Shown here: positions 7,371-17,315 of the stretch, one piece after another
How positions within the stretch are numbered: the stretch's first letter is position 1
Layout: each line of letters starts with the position of its first letter
Source: a virus
Lineage: Duplodnaviria; Caudoviricetes
IMG/VR virus record: IMGVR_UViG_3300020043_001081
Coordinates: 1 to 36,814 of that record
Direction: 5' to 3' (one strand)
Length of the DNA stretch: 36,814 nucleotides
Notes under the pieces: model-generated
Seen by the model: the letters and a program-made list of their open reading frames with translations, nothing else
The model's database searches: none
Told to the model about the DNA's origin: nothing
Program-made: the position numbers and the translations under genes

Positions 7371-7787
7371 TTAAATCTCCGGTTGTGGTGCAGCAGGTGG
7401 AGCAGGTTTACCGCCAAATCCGATTGATACGACAGGAGCAGTAGATACTGGCTCTAACGTAGGCTCTTGACGTACTACAGTCGTAGTCGTTGTAACTATA
7501 GGCTTAGGTGGTTCAGCAGCCTGTTTCTCTATGCTTGAAGGAGGCGGTACAAACTGAGGCAATGCATCCTTACCCTTTACGGCGATCAACGTAGCCAAAG
7601 CACCAAGAATGTACTTACTCATGTCAGACAGTAATAGGAAGAACTGCTTATCAGCAGGAGCCATACCTGACATCGGCTGTTGTACAAATACAACGCTATA
7701 CATAGAGAGCGATGACATCATTATCAAAATTATGCAAAAGCATAGTCCTATAATGAATTTTAGCCACGCATTAAGGTTTTCTTCCAT
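7371..7787 (-). CDS. Two-TM membrane protein, holin candidate
   Basis: Two hydrophobic segments then a Pro/Thr-rich tail; located in the lysis cassette. Confidence 0.6.
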   Translation of the reverse strand: MEENLNAWLKFIIGLCFCIILIMMSSLSMYSVVFVQQPMSGMAPADKQFFLLLSDMSKYILGALATLIAVKGKDALPQFVPPPSSIEKQAAEPPKPIVTTTTTVVRQEPTLEPVSTAPVVSIGFGGKPAPPAAPQPEI

Positions 7788-7951
7788 TATTTCACCTTCT
7801 CAGGTTTAGTTACATCATCAGGACAGGTTTGCGTAGCCGTACATATAGGAGGCTTACAATCTGGAATTTCCCAATTAGCAGGGTCTTGGCAAGGGTATCT
7901 GAAGCGATCCTGACAAGCACTAAGCACCAAGCACATGGAGAGCATGGTCAT
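7787..7951 (-). CDS. Small Cys-rich lipoprotein
   Basis: Lipobox LSAC followed by QDRFRYPCQDPANW..PDCKPPICTATQTCP. Start uncertain (7951 or 7945). Confidence 0.75.
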   Translation of the reverse strand: MTMLSMCLVLSACQDRFRYPCQDPANWEIPDCKPPICTATQTCPDDVTKPEKVK

Positions 7952-8540
7952 AATGTTTCTTACGATCTTCGAGTCCAATTGTGCCTCCGTTAATGCGTTT
8001 CGTTAATGTCAGAATGTCACCAGAATCAGCCCATTGATTGAGTTTATTCGTCTCCCAAAACCAGCAAGCAGATTGAGCAGCACCTTCAAACGTGGCTAGA
8101 TACTCAGGCACATCGTCAATGCTCATCTCTAGTGAGTCTGCAAATGCTTGATAATTTGAGCGACCAGTTAGCTGAATCAATCCTCGTCCGCAAAATTTCC
8201 AGCCCTCTTGACTAGCCTCATCACCGTTACCCATACGGTTAGCGTAAACCCTAGACGCTATAGCAACCTGCTTATTAGGCTTAGAAGCGTACTCCTGAGC
8301 TATCTGATCGTTAGGGAAATACTTAGGGAATATCTTACGTAGAGTCGCAGCTTTATAGTTTAGATTCTCTTTAAGAATCATAAAGCCACCAGACTCATGA
8401 GCACATTGAGCAATAAACGCAGCCATACGCTTAGGCGTATTAATATCGTAGTCAGGGAATAACTGCTCTAGCGCATGATGCCAATGTTCAACGTAGGGAT
8501 TCTTGGGTAGGAGTTGTTTGAGTTGGCTCAGAGTTAGCAT
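7920..8540 (-). CDS. Endolysin, glycoside hydrolase family 19 (chitinase-like)
   Basis: AAFIAQCAHESGGF, ENLNY, VYANRMGNG, GRGLIQLTGRSNY, TKRINGGTIGLEDR. Confidence 0.93.
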   Translation of the reverse strand: MLTLSQLKQLLPKNPYVEHWHHALEQLFPDYDINTPKRMAAFIAQCAHESGGFMILKENLNYKAATLRKIFPKYFPNDQIAQEYASKPNKQVAIASRVYANRMGNGDEASQEGWKFCGRGLIQLTGRSNYQAFADSLEMSIDDVPEYLATFEGAAQSACWFWETNKLNQWADSGDILTLTKRINGGTIGLEDRKKHYDHALHVLGA

Positions 8541-8760
8541 TTTTTTCCTCTAATTCACGCAACATTAGGTTACGTATTCTTCTCATACGGTCGATTTCAA
8601 TGATTGCAGCATTAGTCGCATTATTGGCATCCATAATGGCTAAGCCTACTAATGGCAATGCAATAGCAAGCGTTAGAACCATCGCAAGCAAACAGATCAG
8701 TAAAACCCATGGGATGCTGTCTTGCTCGTCTTTATCATTATTAGGACGCTGATTAGCCAT
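8488..8760 (-). CDS. Single-TM membrane protein of the lysis region
   Basis: IPWVLLICLLAMVLTLAIALPLVGLAIM hydrophobic stretch; start probably ATG 8760. Confidence 0.65.
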   Translation of the reverse strand: MANQRPNNDKDEQDSIPWVLLICLLAMVLTLAIALPLVGLAIMDANNATNAAIIEIDRMRRIRNLMLRELEEKNANSEPTQTTPTQESLR

Positions 8761-9380
8761 AGTGTCACGAACAGAACCGCGCCAAACCATGTAACATTTT
8801 CCCTAAACTTTCTAACCATTCTTCTGCGTTTAGTTGCTGCGATTTGAGCAATCCTAAGTTCTTCTGTTCTTGCTAGTTCTTGCTGCTTATTAATGCGCTC
8901 AACTGTCTTTTCATACTTAGACCACAATGAGCCTAGCTCTTTCGGAGCCTGATAGACCATCGTCTCACGTAGCTCTGACATCATTGAATCTAATCGAGCC
9001 TCAATAATGATCTTACGCAATGCTCTGCGACCTAACGATTCATCACCTTTATAGACAGCCGTATTCGCTAGTTCTTCTGCGAGTAAAGCCTTGCCTAACT
9101 GATCCTGTGCATCTAATAACGCACCTAACTGGTTACCAATCTCTGTAAACACATCGTTAGGATCAGATTTAGCTATCTCCTGAACCCTAGCTACTTCCTC
9201 GTTATATTGAATCTTCTGTGCTGGAGTAGGATTCGGTATCTTATGAAACTGAACCTTTAGATCGTCTAATACTTCTTTTACATCACCTGCTGCATTCTTA
9301 ATGTCTTTGTATAGCTGACAGCCTTTCTTTACAGCCGCTACAGCAGCATTAGCTAACGCTAGTAATGTAAGTGGGTCCAC
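8697..9380 (-). CDS. Helical membrane-associated protein (amphipathic N-terminus, coiled coil, C-terminal TM)
   Basis: MDPLTLLALANAAVAAVKKGCQLYK N-terminus and WFGAVLFVTLWLISVLIMI C-terminal TM. Confidence 0.75.
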   Translation of the reverse strand: MDPLTLLALANAAVAAVKKGCQLYKDIKNAAGDVKEVLDDLKVQFHKIPNPTPAQKIQYNEEVARVQEIAKSDPNDVFTEIGNQLGALLDAQDQLGKALLAEELANTAVYKGDESLGRRALRKIIIEARLDSMMSELRETMVYQAPKELGSLWSKYEKTVERINKQQELARTEELRIAQIAATKRRRMVRKFRENVTWFGAVLFVTLWLISVLIMIKTSKTASHGFY

Positions 9381-9381
9381 A

Positions 9382-9567
9382 TCATTTAGGTAGTGTGCCG
9401 TTACCAGCCATCCAGAACATTAAACCCAAAGCACCAGCGCCAACAATCCAGAATATCTTCTTAACGACAGACCGGCCTACTTCTTCGTAGATACGTTTAA
9501 ACGCTACTTCAGCAGCACGTTCGGCTATATGGTCAATCTGCTCATCGGTCAATTGTATTTTTTCCAT
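9382..9567 (-). CDS. Small C-terminal TM protein (holin/antiholin-like)
   Basis: IAERAAEVA...VGRSVVKKIFWIVGAGALGLMFW; start probably ATG 9567. Confidence 0.7.
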   Translation of the reverse strand: MEKIQLTDEQIDHIAERAAEVAFKRIYEEVGRSVVKKIFWIVGAGALGLMFWMAGNGTLPK

Positions 9568-9569
9568 GA

Positions 9570-10328
9570 TTAGGCTTTCATGATGTAGCAAAGAGCGTAG
9601 TACGGAGGCAAGTTAGCGTTAGTACCAGAATCACCAGTTGATTGAATAGATATTCCAGTTGTATTTGACTCAGAACCAGCATTGGTTTCAGCACTTCCAG
9701 AAGTAAGATTTTGGAATGTCAGGTTTGATGTGGTTTTATATGTGTCAAAAAATGCTGTATTACTACCACCCGAAATCATACCGCGCCCTGAACTGAGTAA
9801 TTTATGCGCGTGACCGGGGTCAGTTACCGAGTGAGTATGGCTAACGGTAATAGCATCTTTAGAGCCGCCAGTATTACCTACTGCATACGTAGAACCTGCA
9901 CCTACTACGAAACGATCACGCAGATCAGGAGTAGAGTTAGAGCCATTACACAAATACCAGCCACTAGGTATAGATGCAGAAGAACCAGACCAGATAATGA
10001 TGCCACCACTAGGAATAGCATTGTTAGCAACGTAAGCAGTCGTAGCTACCTTAGTGCTATTGTCATTTGCTGATTGTGTCGTAGCCGTAGCTGATGCGCC
10101 TAACGCTACAGTAGAACTAAATACAGCAGCACCAGTACAGGTAAATGCACCGCCTACGACAAAGTTATCTCCGTCAGTACCGGCTTGCATATCCTTGACT
10201 TGTGCCATAATTTCCCGAATAGCGTTATTAATTCCGCTTGGGGCACACCCTTCCGAAATATTAATTCCAGAAATGTCGGTATTATTCGACGCTGTGGCTG
10301 ACCATTCACTAACTTTGTTCTTTGCCAT
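9570..10328 (-). CDS. Tail fibre with tail-collar-type domain
   Basis: NSTKVATTAYV fibre repeat, IPSGGIIIWSG...IPSGWYLCNGSNSTPDLRDRFVVGAG collar motif, HTH/HAH, NLPPYYALCYIMK. Confidence 0.85.
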   Translation of the reverse strand: MAKNKVSEWSATASNNTDISGINISEGCAPSGINNAIREIMAQVKDMQAGTDGDNFVVGGAFTCTGAAVFSSTVALGASATATTQSANDNSTKVATTAYVANNAIPSGGIIIWSGSSASIPSGWYLCNGSNSTPDLRDRFVVGAGSTYAVGNTGGSKDAITVSHTHSVTDPGHAHKLLSSGRGMISGGSNTAFFDTYKTTSNLTFQNLTSGSAETNAGSESNTTGISIQSTGDSGTNANLPPYYALCYIMKA

Positions 10329-10330
10329 GA

Positions 10331-11815
10331 TTATTGTCCTTTAACACGACCAGATTGATACATCAGGTTATATGCTCTAGGATCAAAAGCTAATGGCATT
10401 GCATTTTTAGCAGCACCTACACCACGACCAATTAATCCAGCACCGTAAGCTGCCTCACCCATTAAACGAGGAGATGATGAAAGTAATGAAGCAGCAGCCA
10501 ATGGAATACCTATTCCAGATGCACCACCACCAGCAGAGAAAGCACCAAGAGCAGTAGGTAAGCTAGTTGCTCTTTGTAATCCCATTGGAGTTAATTCAGC
10601 AAGAGATTGACCAGCTAATGCAGGAAATATATCTTCACCGTATTTACTAAGTTCTTTGCCAAGTTGTACACGTTGACCAAAATTAGTATTTACATTCTTA
10701 CGCATCAAAGATTGTAATTTACGAATAGCAGTATCAGCACGTGATTTTTGACCAAGACTTAAAGCACCTTCAATCTCACGAACTAACTCAGATGTAGTCG
10801 AATATTCTTTCATTACATTAGCGTAAGTAGGAGCCTGTTTATTTATCTCATTTTTAATTGAGTCATAAACAACTTTCACAGATGCTCTAGCGTTTTTTTG
10901 CTCGTAAGGAATGGTTTCAAGAACATTGCCAACTTGCTGTTTTAATGCATCAAGACCTTCTGGAGTATGATATTCAACAGGGTCTAATGCTTTCCAATCA
11001 TTAACAAGTTTTTTTACCTCATCCATTTTTTCGGCTGCTTGTTTTTTTGTAACAACACCTTTAAATTGTGTTCTTGCTTTGGCATTAGAAACTGCTGTAT
11101 CAATACCACTAAAATCAAGAACAGATTTATCATTCTTAATATCAACCATTCCTGATCGATACTGAGCCTGTTTTGCTTCGTTCATATTGGCTAGATTTTG
11201 TTTAGCCATATCTAATACATCAGTCATTGGAGCAGTACCGCTAATATTGCCTCTGAATTGTTCAGCAGCAGTGCCGCCAGCCTTCCCAGCACCGTAAGCC
11301 TGTCTAATAGCCTCGGAACCTGCACCAGTAGTCATTCCAAGTATAGGAGCAGCAGCTTTACCAACAGTGCCAACAGTTTTAGCAGCTAACGATAATGGGT
11401 CAACAAATGAAGCTGCTTTACCTAGTTGTGGAACTACGCCACCACCAGTAGTTAATACAGCAGATAAATCAGACATAAAACCAGCAGGGTCATTAGCAAT
11501 AGTGCGTTTAGCCTGTTCTATACCGCCATAACGCTGTACATACATCTGCCCTACTTGGTTAGCTACATCACGCGATGCTTTATCCTCGCCAATAGCTTGT
11601 ACTATGCTTTCAGGCAAGATATTTTGCAGTCCACCAGCGCCAATATCTAGCATTGCTTTACCAGTCTGCAATGGGCTAGTAACAGCCTCATAAGTACCAG
11701 TAACTATATTTTTAAACGACGATGGGAAATTTTTAATTGCCTCAGAAACAACATCTTTAGCACTTAAGTTTTCTTTTTGCCCAACAGGACGAGCAGAAGC
11801 AAGATCGAATGGCAT
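10331..11815 (-). CDS. Putative ejection (internal virion) protein
   Basis: 494 aa, Ala/Gly-rich and helical; last of a four-gene block after the tail genes, as in P22/T7-like layouts. Confidence 0.65.
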   Translation of the reverse strand: MPFDLASARPVGQKENLSAKDVVSEAIKNFPSSFKNIVTGTYEAVTSPLQTGKAMLDIGAGGLQNILPESIVQAIGEDKASRDVANQVGQMYVQRYGGIEQAKRTIANDPAGFMSDLSAVLTTGGGVVPQLGKAASFVDPLSLAAKTVGTVGKAAAPILGMTTGAGSEAIRQAYGAGKAGGTAAEQFRGNISGTAPMTDVLDMAKQNLANMNEAKQAQYRSGMVDIKNDKSVLDFSGIDTAVSNAKARTQFKGVVTKKQAAEKMDEVKKLVNDWKALDPVEYHTPEGLDALKQQVGNVLETIPYEQKNARASVKVVYDSIKNEINKQAPTYANVMKEYSTTSELVREIEGALSLGQKSRADTAIRKLQSLMRKNVNTNFGQRVQLGKELSKYGEDIFPALAGQSLAELTPMGLQRATSLPTALGAFSAGGGASGIGIPLAAASLLSSSPRLMGEAAYGAGLIGRGVGAAKNAMPLAFDPRAYNLMYQSGRVKGQ

Positions 11816-13470
11816 TATTTAGCCTCCTCAAATTGCAGTCCATCAGGACTTACATAAGCACGATTACCATCTTTATCAACGCTTAATCGCCAACCATCTT
11901 TATTCTTTTGAGGAATTGGTTGCTTAGGCTCTTGATTTTTATTTGAAGATAACCCAGAAAGAACAACATTGTTAGGATCAACATTATAAGAATTTGCAAG
12001 ATTTTTATACTTATTAGAAAGATCATCCTTAGCTATAGATGCTTGCTTAAACATTAGTTCAGCAGATTTCTTAAAGTCGGCACGTTGAGCAGGATTAAGA
12101 ACTTGACCATTTTGCAGTTTTTGGAAATAGTTTTGTACGACTTCAAATGCTCCAGTAGCACGCATCGCCATACCCAATTCAGACTCACGAACAACAGAAC
12201 CCGGATCAAGCAACTTCATAAATTTAGTCGCAGCAGCTAGATCATTAGCAGCAGAAGGATTAGAAAGTGCTGCATTAATTTGCCTATGTGAAGTCTCAAC
12301 GGTAGAAAACTCTTTAATTGCCGGTAAAGAATTAAACTCGTTGCGAAGCTCTTTTTCTGTAGCAACCTTAAAATCAGCGTTTTTCTTGCGAATATCCATT
12401 ATTGAAGATTGAATCTCAGACGCAGACATTTCTTTAGCATTGGCAATCAATGCATCTGCTAATGGCTGTAATGCAGGATTTATACCGCCAAGCGATTTAC
12501 TTACATTAGATGAAATAACATCTTGTTTTTTGCTATCTTTTAAGTTTTTAGCAATTGTTTGATATTTAGTAGCCTGCTCTGAATCATTACCTTCACCTTG
12601 ATAATATTTTACTAACAAATCAGCGTCTCTAATTTGAGCATCTAAAGGGTGACCAGCAGAAACTTGTTTAGGAGCAGCAGGAGCAGGAGCCGCAGGAGCC
12701 GTAGGCAATACCCCAAACTTATTAGTAAACGGCTCAGGTACTGGAGCTGTTTCAACCGTTCCGGGGGCTAATTGACCTGTTGGCTCACGTACTGGAGCTG
12801 CTTGTGGTATGACTATAGTCTCTCCACCGCTAGTAGTATAAGGAGCCATTTGTTCGTTATACGCAGCCAACTTATCGCGATAAGCAACCATATCAGGAGA
12901 TATAGCATCTTGAGAAACTTGAGCAGGTTGAGTTTCACGCGCCAAGAATTGCTGCATACCTTTACGCTTAACATACATTTCAAGTGCTTTATCTTTATTA
13001 TTTAAAAGATAAGCTCTCATGGCAGGATCAATAGAAGGATCAGCTTTTATTAGCTCATCTATAGAACCAATAGCTGCCTCTTCTCTTTGTAAATCACGCA
13101 ATGTTTTTGCACGCTGTAATTGCTGATTAATTGCTTGCTGTTGTAGAGCAAAGTTCTGTAATCCTTGTTGAGCAACATTACCAGCAACACCGTAACCAGC
13201 ACCTAAAGCGCCTAATACATTTTGCAGAGCAGATCGTCTAGGACCTTGTTTGCTCATACCCTGAGCTAATGCAGCAGCAGCACCAAGCAATCCACCAATG
13301 TTTGCTCGTTGTCCTATTTGTTGCGCTTGTTGATTACCTAAAATACCTTCATAGCCAGAAGCAACACCGCCATAGATGTTAGGCACAAGATCAGACAAAC
13401 TAAAACTTGACGCATTGCCATATTTACTTTGTGCTTGATCTAATGGCATTCCAAAAATAGTATCAGCCAT
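11815..13470 (-). CDS. Putative ejection (internal virion) protein
   Basis: 551 aa with Gly/Ala/Gln-rich N-terminus, Pro-rich linker and KLLDPGSVVRESE motif. Confidence 0.65.
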   Translation of the reverse strand: MADTIFGMPLDQAQSKYGNASSFSLSDLVPNIYGGVASGYEGILGNQQAQQIGQRANIGGLLGAAAALAQGMSKQGPRRSALQNVLGALGAGYGVAGNVAQQGLQNFALQQQAINQQLQRAKTLRDLQREEAAIGSIDELIKADPSIDPAMRAYLLNNKDKALEMYVKRKGMQQFLARETQPAQVSQDAISPDMVAYRDKLAAYNEQMAPYTTSGGETIVIPQAAPVREPTGQLAPGTVETAPVPEPFTNKFGVLPTAPAAPAPAAPKQVSAGHPLDAQIRDADLLVKYYQGEGNDSEQATKYQTIAKNLKDSKKQDVISSNVSKSLGGINPALQPLADALIANAKEMSASEIQSSIMDIRKKNADFKVATEKELRNEFNSLPAIKEFSTVETSHRQINAALSNPSAANDLAAATKFMKLLDPGSVVRESELGMAMRATGAFEVVQNYFQKLQNGQVLNPAQRADFKKSAELMFKQASIAKDDLSNKYKNLANSYNVDPNNVVLSGLSSNKNQEPKQPIPQKNKDGWRLSVDKDGNRAYVSPDGLQFEEAK

Positions 13471-13477
13471 ATTTCAC

Positions 13478-13963
13478 CTATAGCAAAGAAATTGGTTGCG
13501 GCATAATTACCGATTGTTGCTGTGGATTTAATAGGCTCATGTAATCCATTGGCTGAACCTGACCTCTATTAACTTGTCCAGCAGAAGCCATTTGCATAGG
13601 CTGCTCAGGCTCAAACGCACTCTTAGCTAGACTCATACCTGCTTGTGCAGTAAATGGATTCTGGTTTAAATATGTATTAGCACCGCTAAACATATCTTTA
13701 ACGCCTGTTAATCCACCGCCAATCTGTTGCGTAAGAGTAGGAGCCGCAGCAAGCTGATTGCCAGCAAATCCAGCACCAGTACCCATAATTCCACTAGCAG
13801 GAGCACCAGCAGCACCCATAGCGCCACCAGTAAAAGCACCACCAGCAGCACCTGTAATCCCACCCATTAATGCGCCTTGCAGCGGATTACCGCCTTTAAT
13901 CGCAGCAGTACCACCACCTAAAGCAGCACCAATCATCATTCCTGTAGTAACTGGCTCACCCAT
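13478..13963 (-). CDS. Gly/Ala-rich small ejection or pilot protein
   Basis: Glycine-zipper-like GAALGGGTAA...GALMGGITGAAGG. Confidence 0.65.
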   Translation of the reverse strand: MGEPVTTGMMIGAALGGGTAAIKGGNPLQGALMGGITGAAGGAFTGGAMGAAGAPASGIMGTGAGFAGNQLAAAPTLTQQIGGGLTGVKDMFSGANTYLNQNPFTAQAGMSLAKSAFEPEQPMQMASAGQVNRGQVQPMDYMSLLNPQQQSVIMPQPISLL

Positions 13964-14697
13964 TATTTACCCCCTGTCGGTGTCGCTGTTTGTGTCGTAG
14001 TGCTACCTTGAGGAGCAGTCGAGTACAAATTAGCGTATTGCTGCAATTTCATTTGTGGCAAGTTCTGCTGGAAGTTAAAGCGATTCATAGCATCTTGCAA
14101 TTCGGCTGCTTTATAACCTTCTGTAATCTGACCTAATTTTGCTAATTGACTAATATCAGCATAGTCAGCTTGTGCCATTGCAGGAGCAGCACCAACAGCG
14201 TTCATTTGACGTTGACGTTCAGCCTCAGAAGCTTGGAAAGCCAATCTATTACCAGCTTCAACCAAGTTTCTAGCAAAGATGTCTTGAGCCTGACCTGTTA
14301 GTTGACCTTGAGCAGCAGAGCCGTAACGACCTCTAGATGCAGCATCTGATTGTAGATTCTGTATGTTTCTAGTGAATTCTTCGCCAGCTAAACGATTCGT
14401 TCCTTGTAAAGCACCCGCTAGGAATGGATTAACGCCTCGTCCTTGAATCGTAGCTAATGTTTCAGCCTGTGCAGCACCTGTTAGCGGAGAACCTGCCAGA
14501 GCACGTTCCTGAGCCATTTGTAAGGCTTGCTGAGTCTGCTCCGATGGACTGACATATGTCTGACCGGGGAAGAAGGTAGGTGATTGAGACTCATAGAGAC
14601 GTTTAGCCTCCTCAAGTCCATAAGTAACATACGGCTTGATCGCTGGATCAATACTCGTTGTTGATGTACTACTCTGTTGTCCGCCGCCACCACCCAT
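13963..14697 (-). CDS. Putative ejection protein
   Basis: MGGGGGQQSSTSTT N-terminus, Gln/Ala-rich helical body; start at ATG 14697. Confidence 0.65.
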   Translation of the reverse strand: MGGGGGQQSSTSTTSIDPAIKPYVTYGLEEAKRLYESQSPTFFPGQTYVSPSEQTQQALQMAQERALAGSPLTGAAQAETLATIQGRGVNPFLAGALQGTNRLAGEEFTRNIQNLQSDAASRGRYGSAAQGQLTGQAQDIFARNLVEAGNRLAFQASEAERQRQMNAVGAAPAMAQADYADISQLAKLGQITEGYKAAELQDAMNRFNFQQNLPQMKLQQYANLYSTAPQGSTTTQTATPTGGK

Positions 14698-14698
14698 A

Positions 14699-15097
14699 TT
14701 ACACCTCACAAATCCATTGTTTTGGACGGAATCCGTAATCAGCCGCCCTTTTAGCCCAACCGCGCCTATGGCTAGAAAATGTTATATATTTGACTTTAGC
14801 TTCTGCCGCCATGCCCTTTATATATTTTAAGGCATTTTCGACAACATCATAACTATTTTCTAACGAATAAGCAGCCCATAGATGCATTGTTTCGCCCTGT
14901 GGCTGTAGGACAAAGAAGCCAGCGTAGTGGTTGTTCTCTATCAGTACAAATAACAGACTCTTTTGATTGAAACAGTCTGTATATACATCTTCAATAATCC
15001 AGTTTTCCGGACTCCTGCTTTTAATTTTCTCTAAGCCAGTTCTTACACTAGCCCACCAATTACGTAATTCCTGCGGAGCAATATATCTATACTCCAT
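14699..15097 (-). CDS. GNAT-like virion assembly protein
   Basis: GFFVL...HLWAAY...ITFSSHRRGW...YGF pattern; occupies the slot of acetyltransferase-like genes preceding ejection proteins in podoviruses. Confidence 0.5.
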   Translation of the reverse strand: MEYRYIAPQELRNWWASVRTGLEKIKSRSPENWIIEDVYTDCFNQKSLLFVLIENNHYAGFFVLQPQGETMHLWAAYSLENSYDVVENALKYIKGMAAEAKVKYITFSSHRRGWAKRAADYGFRPKQWICEV

Positions 15098-15894
15098 TAA
15101 CCCACCACAATGTAACCATATGTTTTATCTGCCGTACTATTAGCCCAATGAGCTATAGTAGCTTGTCCTTGTTGTTTGCTAGAAATATATACATTACTTG
15201 TAGCTGATGGAGCCACATAATTTACGGTAACAATAGCACTAGGAACAGACGGTCTATCTGGGCTAGAACTTGTTGCATAATGCTCAAGAACCACACCTGT
15301 ATCAGAAGGACGCCACATTATTTCAATGTAATCATTCGCCTGAAGCTCAAAAAAGAAGTTTAAAGCAGCAATAGTATGAGATGGATCACCTGAGCTTTTT
15401 CTTGGTGGCATACCAAACCGACTATTTGATCCTGCTATATTCGTACCGTTCTTTCTAAACCAAACATCTACGTCTTGAGTATCATTTGTCGTATTCTTGA
15501 ACTGTATGGAAAACTGAATATTGTAAATTCCATAATTCCTGACATTAATACGCGAACTATTAGAAAGATATACGCCACTAGAATAATCTGTTGTATTAAA
15601 TGTAACAGCGTAAGCCGTAGTAGTATTCGCAGCCGATTGATCTGTAGTGTCCTGAAACGCTCCATACGGAGCTGCGTCAGCCTCAGCAGCATCAGATACA
15701 GGGACAAAGAATATTAAGCTCTCATTGCCTATACGACCGTCATACAGCGTTGTCGTTGTGGCATTACCAGTCGCTAAAGTAATCGTTCCAGTATTGTTCG
15801 TCTTACCGTCCATGATTCCACGGACAACCTCAGCTACTTGACGTTCATCAGCACCGAATACAGGTAGAGTACGAAACTGTACTGATCTAGTCAT
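15097..15894 (-). CDS. Tail-associated structural protein (beta-sandwich insert)
   Basis: GIYNIQFSIQF...DVWFRKNG...NDYIEIMW C1q/TNF-like beta pattern; directly after the nozzle gene. Confidence 0.6.
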   Translation of the reverse strand: MTRSVQFRTLPVFGADERQVAEVVRGIMDGKTNNTGTITLATGNATTTTLYDGRIGNESLIFFVPVSDAAEADAAPYGAFQDTTDQSAANTTTAYAVTFNTTDYSSGVYLSNSSRINVRNYGIYNIQFSIQFKNTTNDTQDVDVWFRKNGTNIAGSNSRFGMPPRKSSGDPSHTIAALNFFFELQANDYIEIMWRPSDTGVVLEHYATSSSPDRPSVPSAIVTVNYVAPSATSNVYISSKQQGQATIAHWANSTADKTYGYIVVG

Positions 15895-17315
15895 CGATTA
15901 CCCTGCGTAGTTATTTCAATTTCACAACCGACAATAGTTTCCCAGTTGGCATTAGTCGGAGATACCTTGATACGATGGTAATTACCGTTAGCTCTCAATG
16001 GCACTCGGTTATCTGAGTCTGGTGTCGCTGTCGTTCCGAATTCGACGCTATCTGACAATAGTTTTCTACTAGCAACTGCGACTGATGCTGTTCCATTATC
16101 AACAATAGGTTTTGCCAATGTAATAATAGAACGTCCAATATCTATATCTCCAGATGTAACGTAAGCAGATAAGTATGCACCAGAGAAAACCACGATCTTC
16201 TGGTTCCTAACACCAACGAATATAAGCTGACCACCAGCCCAAGTGCGTGAATCTAACGGAATATCTAAGGTATCTAGGTTATTGTTGTAGTTATCTATCT
16301 GCTCAAGTGTGGCACTAGGTGTCAGACCATACGCTAGATAGTTCGTATCCGTTAAACCATAGCTCCACTTGTTCAAATCAATGGAGTAGTACAGCAAGAA
16401 TCGCTTACCGAAGTTATTCTTAAAGTTCCAGATGACTAATTTCTTTACCGGATCAATCGTTGCGCTCATACCAGTCTGAACTTCGCTCAAACTGACGTTA
16501 TTAAAGAACCAACGATTAACCTTTTCTAGTCCAATGTTCTTAACGGACTTGCCATCGCAGACATAGAAGCCATCATCAGATAAAAAGTACGTTAAGCCGC
16601 CAAATTGAGTGATAGAACCGTTAGACATACAGCCTAAAGTCCTAGAAATAGCATCAAACTGGAAAAAATACGGACTTCCTGAGTACGTCATGCGATAAAT
16701 AGCACGTTCTAAGAAGATTAGACCGTATTCACCACCCGCAATACCAGTAATATCACCGCCATCAGGTACTATTTGTGAGTCAGCTTGAGAAGCAGCACCA
16801 GCAGTCCAGTCAGTCTCGTCATTAATATCCGACCAATAGACCTTATTTTCCTCACCACCTACGTTAGCAGCCACAACAAAGTCACGAACTACCGTTACAT
16901 ACTTAGCCGTAGGAGCATCAGCAGATAAATCAGCAAAATACGTCGATGAACCTAGATCATAAGCCTGTAACTTGTCAGCACCGTTAGCTAAGATCATCTT
17001 AGAACCAAACTGAGTAGAATCCCATGCCTCAACAGCCGTATAACCTGTAGTCGTTAGCGCATCTAAACTAGCATCGCTAGAGTCAAACTTATAAATCTGA
17101 GTAGCACCAGCAGCAAATAACGTAGATGCACCTGAGAATTTACCTGCAAACGTAATAAGTAAATTCTGACCTGCATCTTGAGAGTAATCTACCGCAGCAC
17201 GTAATGGAGCATAACCGTTAGTAACTGGATAACAATTATAGGCATCCATTACCGCACCAGTAACGCTAGGCTGATCTGGCAACCACTCACCGAAAATAAC
17301 TTTTTGTTTTGCCAT
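15891..17315 (-). CDS. Tail nozzle / DNA stabilization protein (P22 gp10-like)
   Basis: ~474 aa, beta-rich, FGEWLPDQP N-terminus, VYWSDINDETDW, DGFYVCDG; start at 17315 (TAATG coupling). Confidence 0.7.
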   Translation of the reverse strand: MAKQKVIFGEWLPDQPSVTGAVMDAYNCYPVTNGYAPLRAAVDYSQDAGQNLLITFAGKFSGASTLFAAGATQIYKFDSSDASLDALTTTGYTAVEAWDSTQFGSKMILANGADKLQAYDLGSSTYFADLSADAPTAKYVTVVRDFVVAANVGGEENKVYWSDINDETDWTAGAASQADSQIVPDGGDITGIAGGEYGLIFLERAIYRMTYSGSPYFFQFDAISRTLGCMSNGSITQFGGLTYFLSDDGFYVCDGKSVKNIGLEKVNRWFFNNVSLSEVQTGMSATIDPVKKLVIWNFKNNFGKRFLLYYSIDLNKWSYGLTDTNYLAYGLTPSATLEQIDNYNNNLDTLDIPLDSRTWAGGQLIFVGVRNQKIVVFSGAYLSAYVTSGDIDIGRSIITLAKPIVDNGTASVAVASRKLLSDSVEFGTTATPDSDNRVPLRANGNYHRIKVSPTNANWETIVGCEIEITTQGNR

